From Utricularia gibba (taxonomy: Eukaryota > Plantae > Magnoliophyta), in assembly GCA_002189035.1 (NCBI GenBank), contig NEEC01000007.1, forward strand, positions 1,984,001 to 2,048,000: a stretch of 64,000 nucleotides of DNA, read 5' to 3'. The position numbers were made by a program, and so were the translations under genes. This document shows positions 1 through 10,073 of this stretch, in pieces (the first letter of the stretch is position 1; each line of letters opens with the position of its first letter). Below the pieces are notes generated by a model. It was given only the letters and a program-made list of their open reading frames with translations, did not search any database and was not told the origin of the DNA.

Positions 1-2
1 AG

Positions 3-220
3 CCCAAAATTCACAATGAAGATGACATAAGAATGTTGACAAGGAAGTAGAGAGAATACATCAAATCCAAAGAAGATAGAATGAAAATATTTGGACTAAA
101 GAATACAGGGAAGAAAGAGAAAAATATCCGAGAGTTCAAAAAACATGCAAAGTAGTCAAGAGAAAAGGATTCTGGAAGAAAAATTGTACATGAACTAATA
201 AAAAGAAGATGGACGTAAGA
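3..220 (+). mobile_element. Possible degenerate Ty1/copia gag remnant
   Basis: Frame 3 reads PKIHNEDDIRMLTRK*REYIKSK...KDSGRKIVHELIK with stops. It loosely resembles the copia gag DDxALLTKxFKKF segment before the zinc knuckle (recalled, not searched). Purine-rich, and runs off the window start. Confidence 0.25.
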
Positions 221-1273
221 ATTCAGCTCATTCTCGATGATTTCTTTTATTCAAGAACACTACTCCTAATGAGGAATAAATTGCAATGTTTTAGCTTGAT
301 AAACGTTTGAATGTGATACTAAATGTCGTGGTTTAATATATTTAATGTATTAAAAGAAATTTATAAATCATTTTAACAAACTAAATAGTTTTTACTCTAT
401 TAAGACTTAAAAACATATTAGAGAAAAAATGAGAATTTTCGATTCAATTGTTATCGATTAAGGCTGTTTTCACAATAAACACATTTTAACAAATTAAATA
501 TACAAAAAAAATTAGTACACTAAACAACATTTAACTCTATAAAACACAATTAATATATATATATATATACAATAAAAACAGTGTTATCAATTCTACATAG
601 AATTATTTACATTTCTCAGTCAATGTTTATTTTTTCTTTATTACATTGCAACTTGAACATGTTATGTATAATGTTTTATATAATAATTTTATTTTTCTTC
701 TACATGAGTAGTTAAGCATTAAGTGGTACATTAAGACTAAAAGGGACAAGCATATTCATTATTAATTAAGCTATATTAACAATATAATCACACTAGTTTC
801 TTAATAAAGCAGAATAGATTTAGAAGTAAAAAATATTGGAATGATTATCATAAGTCAATCTTAATTAGATTTAGATTAAAGATTAGGGGAAGACAAGGCT
901 TTAGGAAGATTTGAACTTTTGTTGATTAGATAAATAATTTTTTGTTGCAATAGAATAAATTATGAGTATGTTTTTTATTGAAGTCTCAAATTATTATATT
1001 ATTTTTTTAGGTAGAAATTTAATTTACTCGTTTATTACTTTACTGTTTTTTATCCTATAATTGTATTAGTCCTATTTTAAATTTCATTTTCATTGTGAGA
1101 AAAATAGAATACGTAACATCCACACAACAAGTACAATGCTTTTTTGTATTAGACCCTAGTTTCATTGTGCCCATATTTTATTAATGATTGATTGTCAATT
1201 AGACTTATAAGTTTATTTGGTAAGGGAATTGACATTTTATATAACGATGTGTGAATTTCTCATTTATCACTGA

Positions 1274-1908
1274 GGGTTTCTAAGATCCATGTTATGAAGT
1301 TACGGCACACATGAGTGGGATGGACGTATTTGGCTTTGAATGTTCGTATTCGCACATATTGGAAGAAATTAATCATTGATGGATGTCCATTATTAGGTGC
1401 ACTGAAATTAATGTATATACTTAGTTTTTCTAACCATTTGTCCCTCTAAAGTCCATGCATTTTTCAATATCCACCTAGTTTGATTGAGAACGAGCCAAAG
1501 CGCGTTACACCACCCTAAAGTTCCATGCCCCTGCCACATCTAATTATTTTAAAAAATAATTATTTATCGTTATTTTCACACATATTAAAATTAAAAAAAT
1601 TAATTATCATTTTATCCTTACATTCGTTTTAACATTTAATATTTATAGTTTTACTTTTTTTTCTTTGATGAAAAAAACATAATACAATATTATTAGAGTC
1701 TCTATATTTTTAATATATATCTTTTCTTATCCATAATAAATGTAGTATATCATCTAACCCCCTAGCCTTATCGACCTATATATCCATCCATACTGGACTA
1801 TTCGTTTCGGTTTTGTCTATGCAAAACTAGACACACTATTAACTATCCTACGAAAACCATATATTAAAAATAAACATTATCTTCGGTAAATATCATTTGA
1901 TATCCACA
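1274..1908 (+). repeat. Duplication block B (non-coding), paralogous to 4034-4624
   Basis: Colinear similarity by eye, e.g. acggcacacatg(a/t)gtgggatggac, tttgaatgttcgtattc, gtatatacttagtttttct, tccctctaaa, tagtttgattga, ccatatattaaaaa, atttgatatccaca. Confidence 0.9.
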
Positions 1909-1910
1909 AA

Positions 1911-2759
1911 TATTGAAATTGGATCTCATAGTCCTAAGTCTGGAGTTGGGCCACGAAAATTTGAAATGGGCCTACAAAATGAAATTGGGCTCAAGAATCT
2001 ACTTTGTTGCTTTTCTACTAATTGAAAAAAAAATGAAATTGTAATCCAAGCTTTCTCGTTTGCATATTGAAAATTAAATTGAATACATGAAAATTGGGAG
2101 TGATTTTAAAATGAAAAAAAAAGGAAATTCCATTGCTAAATAAATAGTTAAATATTAATTATCAATCAATAATGAAGATAAGGGGGACGTGTGCCGCAAG
2201 CAATGCTTTCATTAGGTAGGCAGCTATGGCGACAAGAATTTTCTATTCCATTGTGGAAAAAAACACAAATGCGCTGAGGTGAGTCGTTGACTTTTACTTG
2301 GGGATGAGGATAGGGAAAGCATTCCTTCTCCCACTCCGAGTAGCTAGCTACGTGCTTATGTATCTGATTCCGTTGGTGAATTTTCTAGGAAACTTCGCCT
2401 CTGGTTAACACGGTTTTGGAGCTACAAATAGAGCCCCTTGGGGAGGGGTTCATTTCCTGGATTAACACGAATCACGATGCGGTCTTCTCGTGTGGCCTGG
2501 CAATCCGGGAAGAAGCCCGGATGGGAGAAGGATCCTAAGCTCGCGGAGAAGGAGGAGGAGGAGGAGAAGAAGAAGAAGATGAAGAAGAAAAAGAAGAAGG
2601 ACATGAGTCATCACGGTGGTCATCATGGAGGTCATCACGGCGGTCATCATGGAGGTCATCACGACGGCGGTGGCGGCGAAGGGGGATGCGACGGTGGCGG
2701 TGGTGGGGGATGCGGTGGTGGCGGTGGCGGGGGATGCGGTGGTGGCGGAGGTGGGGGTT
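1911..2759 (+). repeat. Duplication block A (promoter plus His/Gly gene 1), paralogous to 2994-4038
   Basis: Shared tattgaaattggatctcat start, agaatctactttgttgcttttctactaattgaa, gcgctgaggtgagtcgttgacttttacttgggg, tatgtatctgattccgttggtgaattttctaggaaacttc, and the coding start. Confidence 0.92.
1947..1991 (+). promoter_or_regulatory. Three site II (TGGGCY, TCP-type) elements upstream of His/Gly gene 1
   Basis: TGGGCC 1947 and 1967, TGGGCT 1986. Two are retained in the paralogue (3034, 3054). Confidence 0.45.
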
Positions 2760-2764
2760 GTTGA
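2477..2764 (+). CDS. Small Lys/Glu-, His/Gly-rich protein, copy 1 (95 aa)
   Basis: ATG 2477 in frame with the listed ORF. MRSSRVAWQSGKKPGWEKDPKLAEK, poly-E/poly-K, (GGHH)n, then G/C tail ending GGGC*. The N-terminal frame is conserved with copy 2. A TATA-like tacaaata lies about 50 nt upstream. Confidence 0.65.
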   Translation: MRSSRVAWQSGKKPGWEKDPKLAEKEEEEEKKKKMKKKKKKDMSHHGGHHGGHHGGHHGGHHDGGGGEGGCDGGGGGGCGGGGGGGCGGGGGGGC

Positions 2765-2993
2765 AACGTTGCTTTTGCCGTTGCACGTTTCTGGTTAGTA
2801 TTGTACTTAGCGGTTGTAACCGCGGAGGCCACGTTTGGTAGTTTGGTAGTGGTTATGAACTTATATAAAATAAAAGAATCCATGCATCATACCACCCTCT
2901 TTATTTATCAATTTATTTTTTAATGTATGGGAGAGTATATTGAATATTAGTATTCCTCAAATGGTAAAATAACCCACGGGAAGACTGATGGGC

Positions 2994-4038
2994 TATTGAA
3001 ATTGGATCTCATGCTCATACCCCAGTCTTGAGTTGGGCCTACAAAATTGAAAATGGGCCTGCAAAATTCGATGCAGGTCCATAATGACAAATTGGGCACC
3101 AGAATCTACTTTGTTGCTTTTCTACTAATTGAACAAGCTTTCTCTTTTGCATGTTGAAATAAATTGAATAAATGAAAACAGATAAAGAAATAAATAGATA
3201 AATACTCATTATCAATCAAATAATGAAGATAAGGGGTGCCGTGTGCCACAAGTAATGCTTTCATTAGGTAGGCAGTTCTGGCGACAAGAATTTTCTATTC
3301 CATTGAGGAAGAAAGCACAAACGCGCTGAGGTGAGTCGTTGACTTTTACTTGGGGGATAAGAATAGGGAAAGCAACCCTTCTCCCACTCCGAGTACACGT
3401 AGCCTACCTGCCTATGTATCTGATTCCGTTGGTGAATTTTCTAGGAAACTTCAACACTGGTTAACACGGTTTTGGAGCTTCAAATAGCCCTTTGGGGAGG
3501 GGTTCGTTTCCAGGGTTAACAGGAATCACGATGTGGTCTTGTTGTGTGCCGAGGCGATCGGGGAAGAAGCCGGGATGGGAGAAGGATCCCAAGCTCGCGG
3601 AGAAGGAGGAGGAGGAGAAGAAGAAGAAGAAGAAGAAGAAGGAAAAGAGAGGTGATGGTGGCGATGGCGGTGGTGACGATGGTGGCGATGGTGGTGGCGA
3701 TGGTGGTGATGGTGGTGGTGGCGGTGGGGATGGTGACCATGGTGGTGCCGGCCATGGAGGTCATGACGGTGGTCATCATGGAGGTCTTCATGGAGGTCAT
3801 CACGGTGGTCATCACGGTGGTCATGACGGTGGTCATCACGGAGGTCATCATGGAGGTCATCATGGTGGTCATCATGGAGGTCATGATGGTGGCGGTGGTC
3901 ATCACGGCGGTCATCATGGAGGAGGTCATGATGGTGGTGGTGGTGGTCACGGCGGTCATCATGGAGGTCATGACGGAGGTGGGGGTTTTAGTGGCGGCGG
4001 CGGGGGATGCGGTGGTGGCGGTGGCGGGGGTGGGGGTT
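2994..4038 (+). repeat. Duplication block A' (promoter plus His/Gly gene 2)
   Basis: Colinear with 1911-2759. The coding repeats are expanded. Confidence 0.92.
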
Positions 4039-4058
4039 CTAAGGCCCATGGTATCTAG
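3531..4058 (+). CDS. Small Lys/Glu-, Asp/Gly-, His/Gly-rich protein, copy 2 (175 aa)
   Basis: ATG 3531. MWSCCVPRRSGKKPGWEKDPKLAEK, poly-K, (GGD)n, about 12 GGHH/GGHD units, GGGGGCGGGG, and a tail SKAHGI* encoded by block B'. Confidence 0.7.
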   Translation: MWSCCVPRRSGKKPGWEKDPKLAEKEEEEKKKKKKKKEKRGDGGDGGGDDGGDGGGDGGDGGGGGGDGDHGGAGHGGHDGGHHGGLHGGHHGGHHGGHDGGHHGGHHGGHHGGHHGGHDGGGGHHGGHHGGGHDGGGGGHGGHHGGHDGGGGFSGGGGGCGGGGGGGGGSKAHGI

Positions 4059-4624
4059 GTACGGCACACATGTGTGGGATGGACCTATTTCACTTTGAAT
4101 GTTCGTATTCATACATATTGGTTATGATTCATGGATGCCCATATTAATTGAAGTATATACTTAGTTTTTCTCTCAATTTATCCCTCTAAATTCCACGCAT
4201 TTGTCAATGTCCACATAGTTTGATTGAACCCAAATGAGAACGAGGCGAAGGGCGTGACACCACCATACAGTTCCACAATTAGTCACATAATAAATAATTA
4301 TTTATCATTTATTTCATATATTACTTCAATCTTTATAATTTTGTATCATTTTTTTGTAAAAAAAAATCATATATTATTAGGATAATTTCTAAATTTAAAT
4401 ATATCTTTTTTATTATCCGTAATCAATATAGAATATTATCTAATCCCCTGGCCTTACCGACATCTATATCCATCCATATCGATTATCCACCTTAGTTTTG
4501 TCGATGGAAAACTAGATAGATTAATAACTACCCACCACAAGATTGCTACATGAAATAAACTTCGCAGGATCCTACCAAAACCATATATTAAAAATCTTAG
4601 GTAAATATCCATTTGATATCCACA
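4034..4624 (+). repeat. Duplication block B', paralogous to 1274-1908
   Basis: Begins gggttctaagg and ends atttgatatccaca, matching both ends of block B. Confidence 0.9.
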
Positions 4625-4690
4625 TACTCGGGACTTGCTCACCTATTGGGTCACTAAGTTCATCATGCACTAGAAAACGAAGTTAGGGTT

Positions 4691-5050
4691 TTGTTTGGTT
4701 GCCGTACAAAAATGAGGTATTGGGCGTTTGAAGCCCCGCCATTCTATACAAAAACAATCATCACTTTGACCCACTGGATCCCGTCGATCCGACCCGGAAC
4801 ACAGTTCGTCCCATTGGATCCCGCCCGAGAGTTTTGGAGATTCTCCCCTCCATCGTTTTCCTTTGTTTTTTTTTTCAAAATGAATTTAGATTTGGAGGCC
4901 CTGGTTTCAATCTTCCAACGGAGAAGAATATTTCAGGGGCTGATCCAGTAAAGAGATATAATTAATTTGGAGGTCAAATTGGCTCATCGCCTCTCACCTG
5001 CTTGAAGGCTTCAAACGTCAACGCCTCCTTCAAACAACCAATCAAATGCC
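4691..5050. mobile_element. Possible decayed MITE (degenerate inverted repeats)
   Basis: ttgggcgtttgaagcc (4720-4735) versus ggcttcaaacgtcaa (5007-5021), an 11-bp perfect inverted core. Weaker tgtttggttg/caaccaatca similarity lies outside it. No clear TSD. Confidence 0.25.
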
Positions 5051-5582
5051 AAACAAGAACCGTACGACACAAGACACCTATTTTTTTTATTTTTCTCACG
5101 CAAAAAAAAAGAAGAAAAGATAATTTGCAGCCGCCATTTTTTACTCCCAGCTGGTCTTGAGAGGAAAGTTAGGCGTGGAGTTGTGGACACGGCAAACCAG
5201 TCCTCCAATAAAAAACGGCCACCTTTAGTTTTTTTATCTGGAATTTATAAAAAAATTAATATTTTCTAAATCAATGTCATGACTCATGTCCTCAGTGCAA
5301 TTGGACGACAGGAAGGAGTTGAAATTAATGTTTTTAATTTCATCGAAATTTTTCGAAAAGATATTTCTGAATTTTTTAGATTATTTTCTCCTAAATTTTG
5401 TTTTTTTTAAATTCGAAATTTTAATAATTTCAAGCATTGATTGAGATCGATACTGAAGCTTTTGGTTTGATTGTGAAGAAAGCCAACTGATTATTGGCTT
5501 AATTGATTTGATTGGAGAATTAAGTTATTTTTTTGTTGATTTTCTACAAAATAAGGGGATAAAAATATCTGAGGATTCACCT

Positions 5583-7627
5583 TCACCGGCCGTTGTCGAA
5601 GGAATTGAGGGAAATTGTGCCGAATGAGTTAGGAGGAGCCTTGGACGACGTCGTATTGGGCCCCGAGTTGTCGCTGAGGAAAGCCAAGAATCTGGATGTG
5701 ATTTCGCCCGCTCTACGCCGATGTTCGTCGGAGATATCGGTTATCTCCGGCAATGGCTCATCGCCGTTCAAGTATTTCACTACAGTCCTCATATCGGGCC
5801 TCGCCTCCGGCGTCGGATGCGAGCAAAGCATCCCGATGCTGAGCACCAGCTCCATCTCCGGCACCGAGTAATCGGTGCCCAATCTCTCATCCGCCGCTTC
5901 CAAAAGGTTTCCCTGCCGCCAGCATTCCATCACCCAATCGGACAGTATCATATCCCGACTAGCGTCGGAGATCACCGGCGGCTTCCCGCACGCCACCTCT
6001 AGAAGCAATGTCCCGAACGCGAATACGTCCGTATTCGTCGAGGGCTTCCCAGTTCGCGTCAATTCCGGCGCGATGTAGCCCACTGTGCCCACAACGTTGG
6101 TCGTTTGTGAGGTTTTGCCGCGGTCGTGCAATCGGGCTAGCCCGAAATCTCCCAGCTTTGCGTTCATGTCTTTATCTATTAGCACATTGCTTGATTTCAC
6201 GTCGCGGTGAATCACCACCTTCTCCCATTCTTCGTGCAGGTAGAGAAGCCCAGAAGCGACGCCTTTCAGGATGCTGAATCGCTGATCCCAGGGTAAGAAG
6301 ACGTCATGTCTGGGATTGTACAGTAGTGAATCCAGGCTTCCATTGGAGACGTACTCATACACAAGCAGAAGATTGTTCTTCTTTTTGCACCAGCCGTGAA
6401 GATTCACCAAGTTTTTATGACGTAATCTTCCTAAACTCTCAACTTCCGCTGCGAATTCTCGAGTTCCTTGAAGGGGGTCGTTTGAAATTATCTTCTTTAC
6501 TGCAACTTCAGCTCCTGTAGTGGGTAAAATGCCTTTGTAGACAGCGCCATAGCCACCCACTCCGAGGATTTCAGTCACTTGAAATCCCTTGGTCGCTTTA
6601 TGAAGATCCTGATACTTGAATCTATGTGGGCAATCAAGCTCCCAGTCCTCAATATCTTCAGCCCTTCTTGCTCTTCTGTACAGAAATGCAATCACTGCAA
6701 GTATGATGAACAGAATTGTGGAAGATGCTGCTATGAGTGCAGTTCTCACCCTTGCCCCACTTGAAACACGGGGTCTATCATTCGGGACGGTGGAAGAAGA
6801 GAAAGATCGAGTTGATCCGCTATTCCGTTTTGCTTAAAGCTCCACCCCAGAATGTAATGTGAAGAGCTTGATGCCGCCCCCGTTGCAGCTGAGAATCCTA
6901 TGTACATGTTGTCCAGAAAAACGTCTGACAGATTAATTTGTTTAGAAATCCAGGGCCTCTCCGGCTTCGTGGGAACTTCTCTGACTGGAGCAAGTGTTAA
7001 ATTGATGATACTGCTGCGTCCATCAAAATCTATCCACACTTGGACCGGACCAACTTCTTCCAACCTGAAGTCTTCTTTGTTATCAGACTCTGCATCCGGA
7101 AAATACCCAATTGGTTCAGTAACAGCAGGATCTCGCATCCCATTGATGTTAATTCCGACATGATTTCCAGTGGAATCCACCTCTCTGCCAAATCCTACGA
7201 CTGTATCGAACTCCACCATGAGGATATGATTAGACGAGTTACCGTCATTTGTGTGAGTGAAAACACCCATATAGTGCTCGGATTCTCCGGTTATGTTAGG
7301 CGTCGGAGCTATGATAAAAGAGAGGCCATATCCGCCATGATTGGACCTCAAGTTCGCAGGTCTAATATGGAAAACGAAGCAAGTCGAAAAGGAAGAAGTG
7401 CCGTTGCCTCCGTTTCGGGAAATGGGTATTGGGTCTGGATAAAAAGCTCTCCCAATGGCGCTGAAGGAGGTGTCGGTGAGTCTGAGAGCTCCGGTGGGTT
7501 TAAGGACAGTTGCACCGTGGAGGAGGAGGGCCGTGGTGTTGAACCCCTGGGCGATGAACTCCACGGAATTAGAACCCGTGAGGAAAGCAGTGAAAAGTAG
7601 GAGCCGAATGAAGGAATAAATCGCCAT
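5583..7627 (-). CDS. L-type lectin receptor-like kinase (clade VI-like), with a one-base frameshift near 6790 in this sequence
   Basis: Signal peptide, legume-lectin domain (VEFDT, GFSAATG, HYILGWSF), TM ALIAASSTILFIILAVIAFLY, kinase GVGGYG/VAVKK/HRDVKSSN/DFG. The lectin and kinase halves are in different frames. Adding one base at LLPP gives PPVPNDRPRVSSGARVRTALIA. Confidence 0.9.
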
Positions 7628-7703
7628 TGGAGAGAACTTCCGGAGGAGATGATAGAGAACAAAAAAACAAATACCAGAACATAAAGAGCTAAATGGAGAC
7701 GGA

Positions 7704-7773
7704 CGCGTTGGAAGAAGAGTCCAAGTTAGAGCAGGTAATCATTCAGCGCAGATGCGAAACCCAGTCACGCGTT
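7704..7773. promoter_or_regulatory. Two CGCGTT (CAMTA/rapid stress response) motifs upstream of the LecRK
   Basis: CGCGTT at 7704-7709 and 7768-7773, within 150 bp of the ATG. Confidence 0.4.
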
Positions 7774-8899
7774 TTTTGTGAAGGTTTCTATTCACAAACA
7801 ACCCGGCACCCAAGTTTCACTCGTGGTCCCCACATTGTACAGCAATCAGCATTCCTCATAAATATCATGTTCTAAAACGGGTGGTTACCGTTTACCCAAG
7901 TCTGAATCCAAGATCCGGGTCAAACTAAAAAAAATCTTTATCATCATTAATGCCTTCCTTCCATTTCCCCAACCCCACGTATATTATATTTATAGCTTCC
8001 GATATATATTTTTTCTGGTGATAACATTTTATATAATTTTATGTTTGAAATATTTCAAGCTAGGAATACATTTAAAAAAAGCTGATAGTATATTATAGAA
8101 AATTTATATAATATACTTACACATAAATCGTCATTTGATTTAATAGTATATGTATGATAATTTTATGACTATATCATTCATATAATTATTTTTTGAATAT
8201 GTGATCGATATACAAATAGTCAATTATATTTATATCATAATATGTTTTCTCATTTATATTTTTTAAAATTATTTATATTTCTATTTTAACATATTAAATA
8301 GTATTTTCGACTGTTATACCTCAAACTTTTATTCTCATATATCAAATACATAATTTTTATATAACTTATAATTAAATATATTAATATCCCAATATTAAAA
8401 GACCTCCTCATATATTTTTAAAAAATAATGAATGGGTATGCATGCATGGCCCACCACCGAGGCTTGGTCCATAAAGAAAGGTATATTGGATCGGGGAAGA
8501 GCAGGGCCGGCTCGTAATATATTGAGCCTCTGACACTGGGTTAGTCAGCACACGGACAAGGCCCATGGGCTTACGGATGCTTCCAATCGTTGCCTTAATT
8601 GGGTAGGAAAAAAACATTTTTTTTAATGGACACGAGGATTGCGTGGGAAGTGCATAGTGGAATTAATGAATCAGTGGGGCCACACCTAGGATATTATTAC
8701 TATTAACATGGTACTCATTTTCTAAATCTACATTCTATGCGCGACAGCTGAAGGGACATTTTTTATGGTACGCTATGAATTTTTAGTACCACATTTATAT
8801 CATGTTCCCAAATCTAAAAAAAGAAGTATATATCTTAGAGAATATTATATGATTATTTTGTGTATATAAAAATTAAATACATCACAATTTTAATAGAGA

Positions 8900-8921
8900 A
8901 TATATATATATATATATATAT
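8900..8921. repeat. (AT)11 microsatellite
   Basis: Direct reading. Confidence 0.9.
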
Positions 8922-9307
8922 GTATATACTTTTTTTGAGGTGATTATATTTAACATTTAAAAGTCTATTTTTTTAATATAATAAAATCGAAAATACAGAT
9001 TGATTAACTTCATAAATTATTAATTTTTTTAATTTATATTTTATTGATTAAATAAGAATTTAATTAGATAAATTATATTATTTATTTTAATGTTATTTTA
9101 TTAAATTTTATAATATAATTTAATATATCTTAAAATATAATTTTATAATTTCAAAACTGATTTTATTCACATTATCTTAAAATTGATTCTCCTTTATATA
9201 ATTGTAATCATAAATTTAAATACTCACTTTTGTGAAGTTTGATTTGGTGGTGATGAATTTTCTCATTATTTTATTTATAGAGATTTAGATACAGTCAACA
9301 GAGATCT

Positions 9308-9330
9308 GCCACGTGGCCATAGCACGTGTC
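9308..9330. promoter_or_regulatory. Paired G-box/ABRE upstream of the AIRP2-like gene
   Basis: Palindromic GCCACGTGGC 9308-9317 and GCACGTGTC 9322-9330. They lie about 250 bp before a probable 5' UTR exon (donor AAG|GTGAGT at 9659, acceptor ttttacag at 9890). Confidence 0.6.
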
Positions 9331-10073
9331 AACGGACTTGGAGTGAAGGTGCTAGTGTCACCAAGAGGCGGGTTGTTCTTTTCCCTAAAAGGATATTTAA
9401 GATATTATGTTATATCAGTAAATCTTTAATTTTTTTTAATTTATAAATAAATAATATGGGTTTAAATCAATTACTTTTTTTAAAAAATAGATGTATAAAT
9501 ATGTGTAATAGATTGTTAACGTGTGGATAGCCCTCTCCCTTGCAACACACGTTATTAACCTAATTTTTTTAGGGCGAAGTTCGCCACCTCGGAAATACTC
9601 TACGGCGTGGAGGTGGTACACGCTCTGCTCGGAGTAGCCATCTGACAAGAGGTTTAAGGTGAGTAATTAGGCGAGGCGGACACGGCACCAAACCATTTAT
9701 ACTACTTGTTCCACTGTAGTAATCTTGGGCCCTGCGGGACGGACGGATCTCTGGGTTCACCTCTTCAGCCACGTATTGGGAGTGTTAGGAGTCCTCTGGC
9801 CCCAGAAGAAAGCCGTGGAAGCAAGCGTGAACTCCAGAAAAGCCTACCCCTTTTTCTCCCTTCGGCCACGGAATCTGCGATATTTTACAGTTTCCTTGGA
9901 TTCAAGCCTTGATTTTCTGTTTCTGGTTATCTGGGAATCCAAGATTCCTAGCTTCTTCTTCTAGGTTATGTTTTTGCTCTTTCCTGCTCGATAAAGGCGA
10001 TTCCTTGAATGGTAGTAGTATGTGAGATCGTAGAAAAAGTTGTAGGGGTTGCTGAGAAAGAGATGAAAATTGA

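Noticed and set aside
2422-4112. Alternative-frame and antisense ORFs over the Gly/His repeats (Met/Val/Thr-rich, Pro-rich, Arg/His-rich)
   Set aside because: By-products of GGN/CAY repeats that lack stops. Only the GGHH frame has a conserved unique N-terminus in both copies.
8502-8513. CAGGGCCGGCTC resembling a hAT-MITE terminal repeat
   Set aside because: No partner TIR or 8-bp TSD was found nearby.
9650-9660. ACCTTAAACCT (minus strand) with 7-nt periodicity downstream of a TATA, resembling a telomerase RNA template
   Set aside because: It would encode a non-canonical repeat. There is no good USE, no G-rich 5' end and no oligo-T terminator on that strand. It is better explained as the AIRP2 5' UTR donor on the plus strand.
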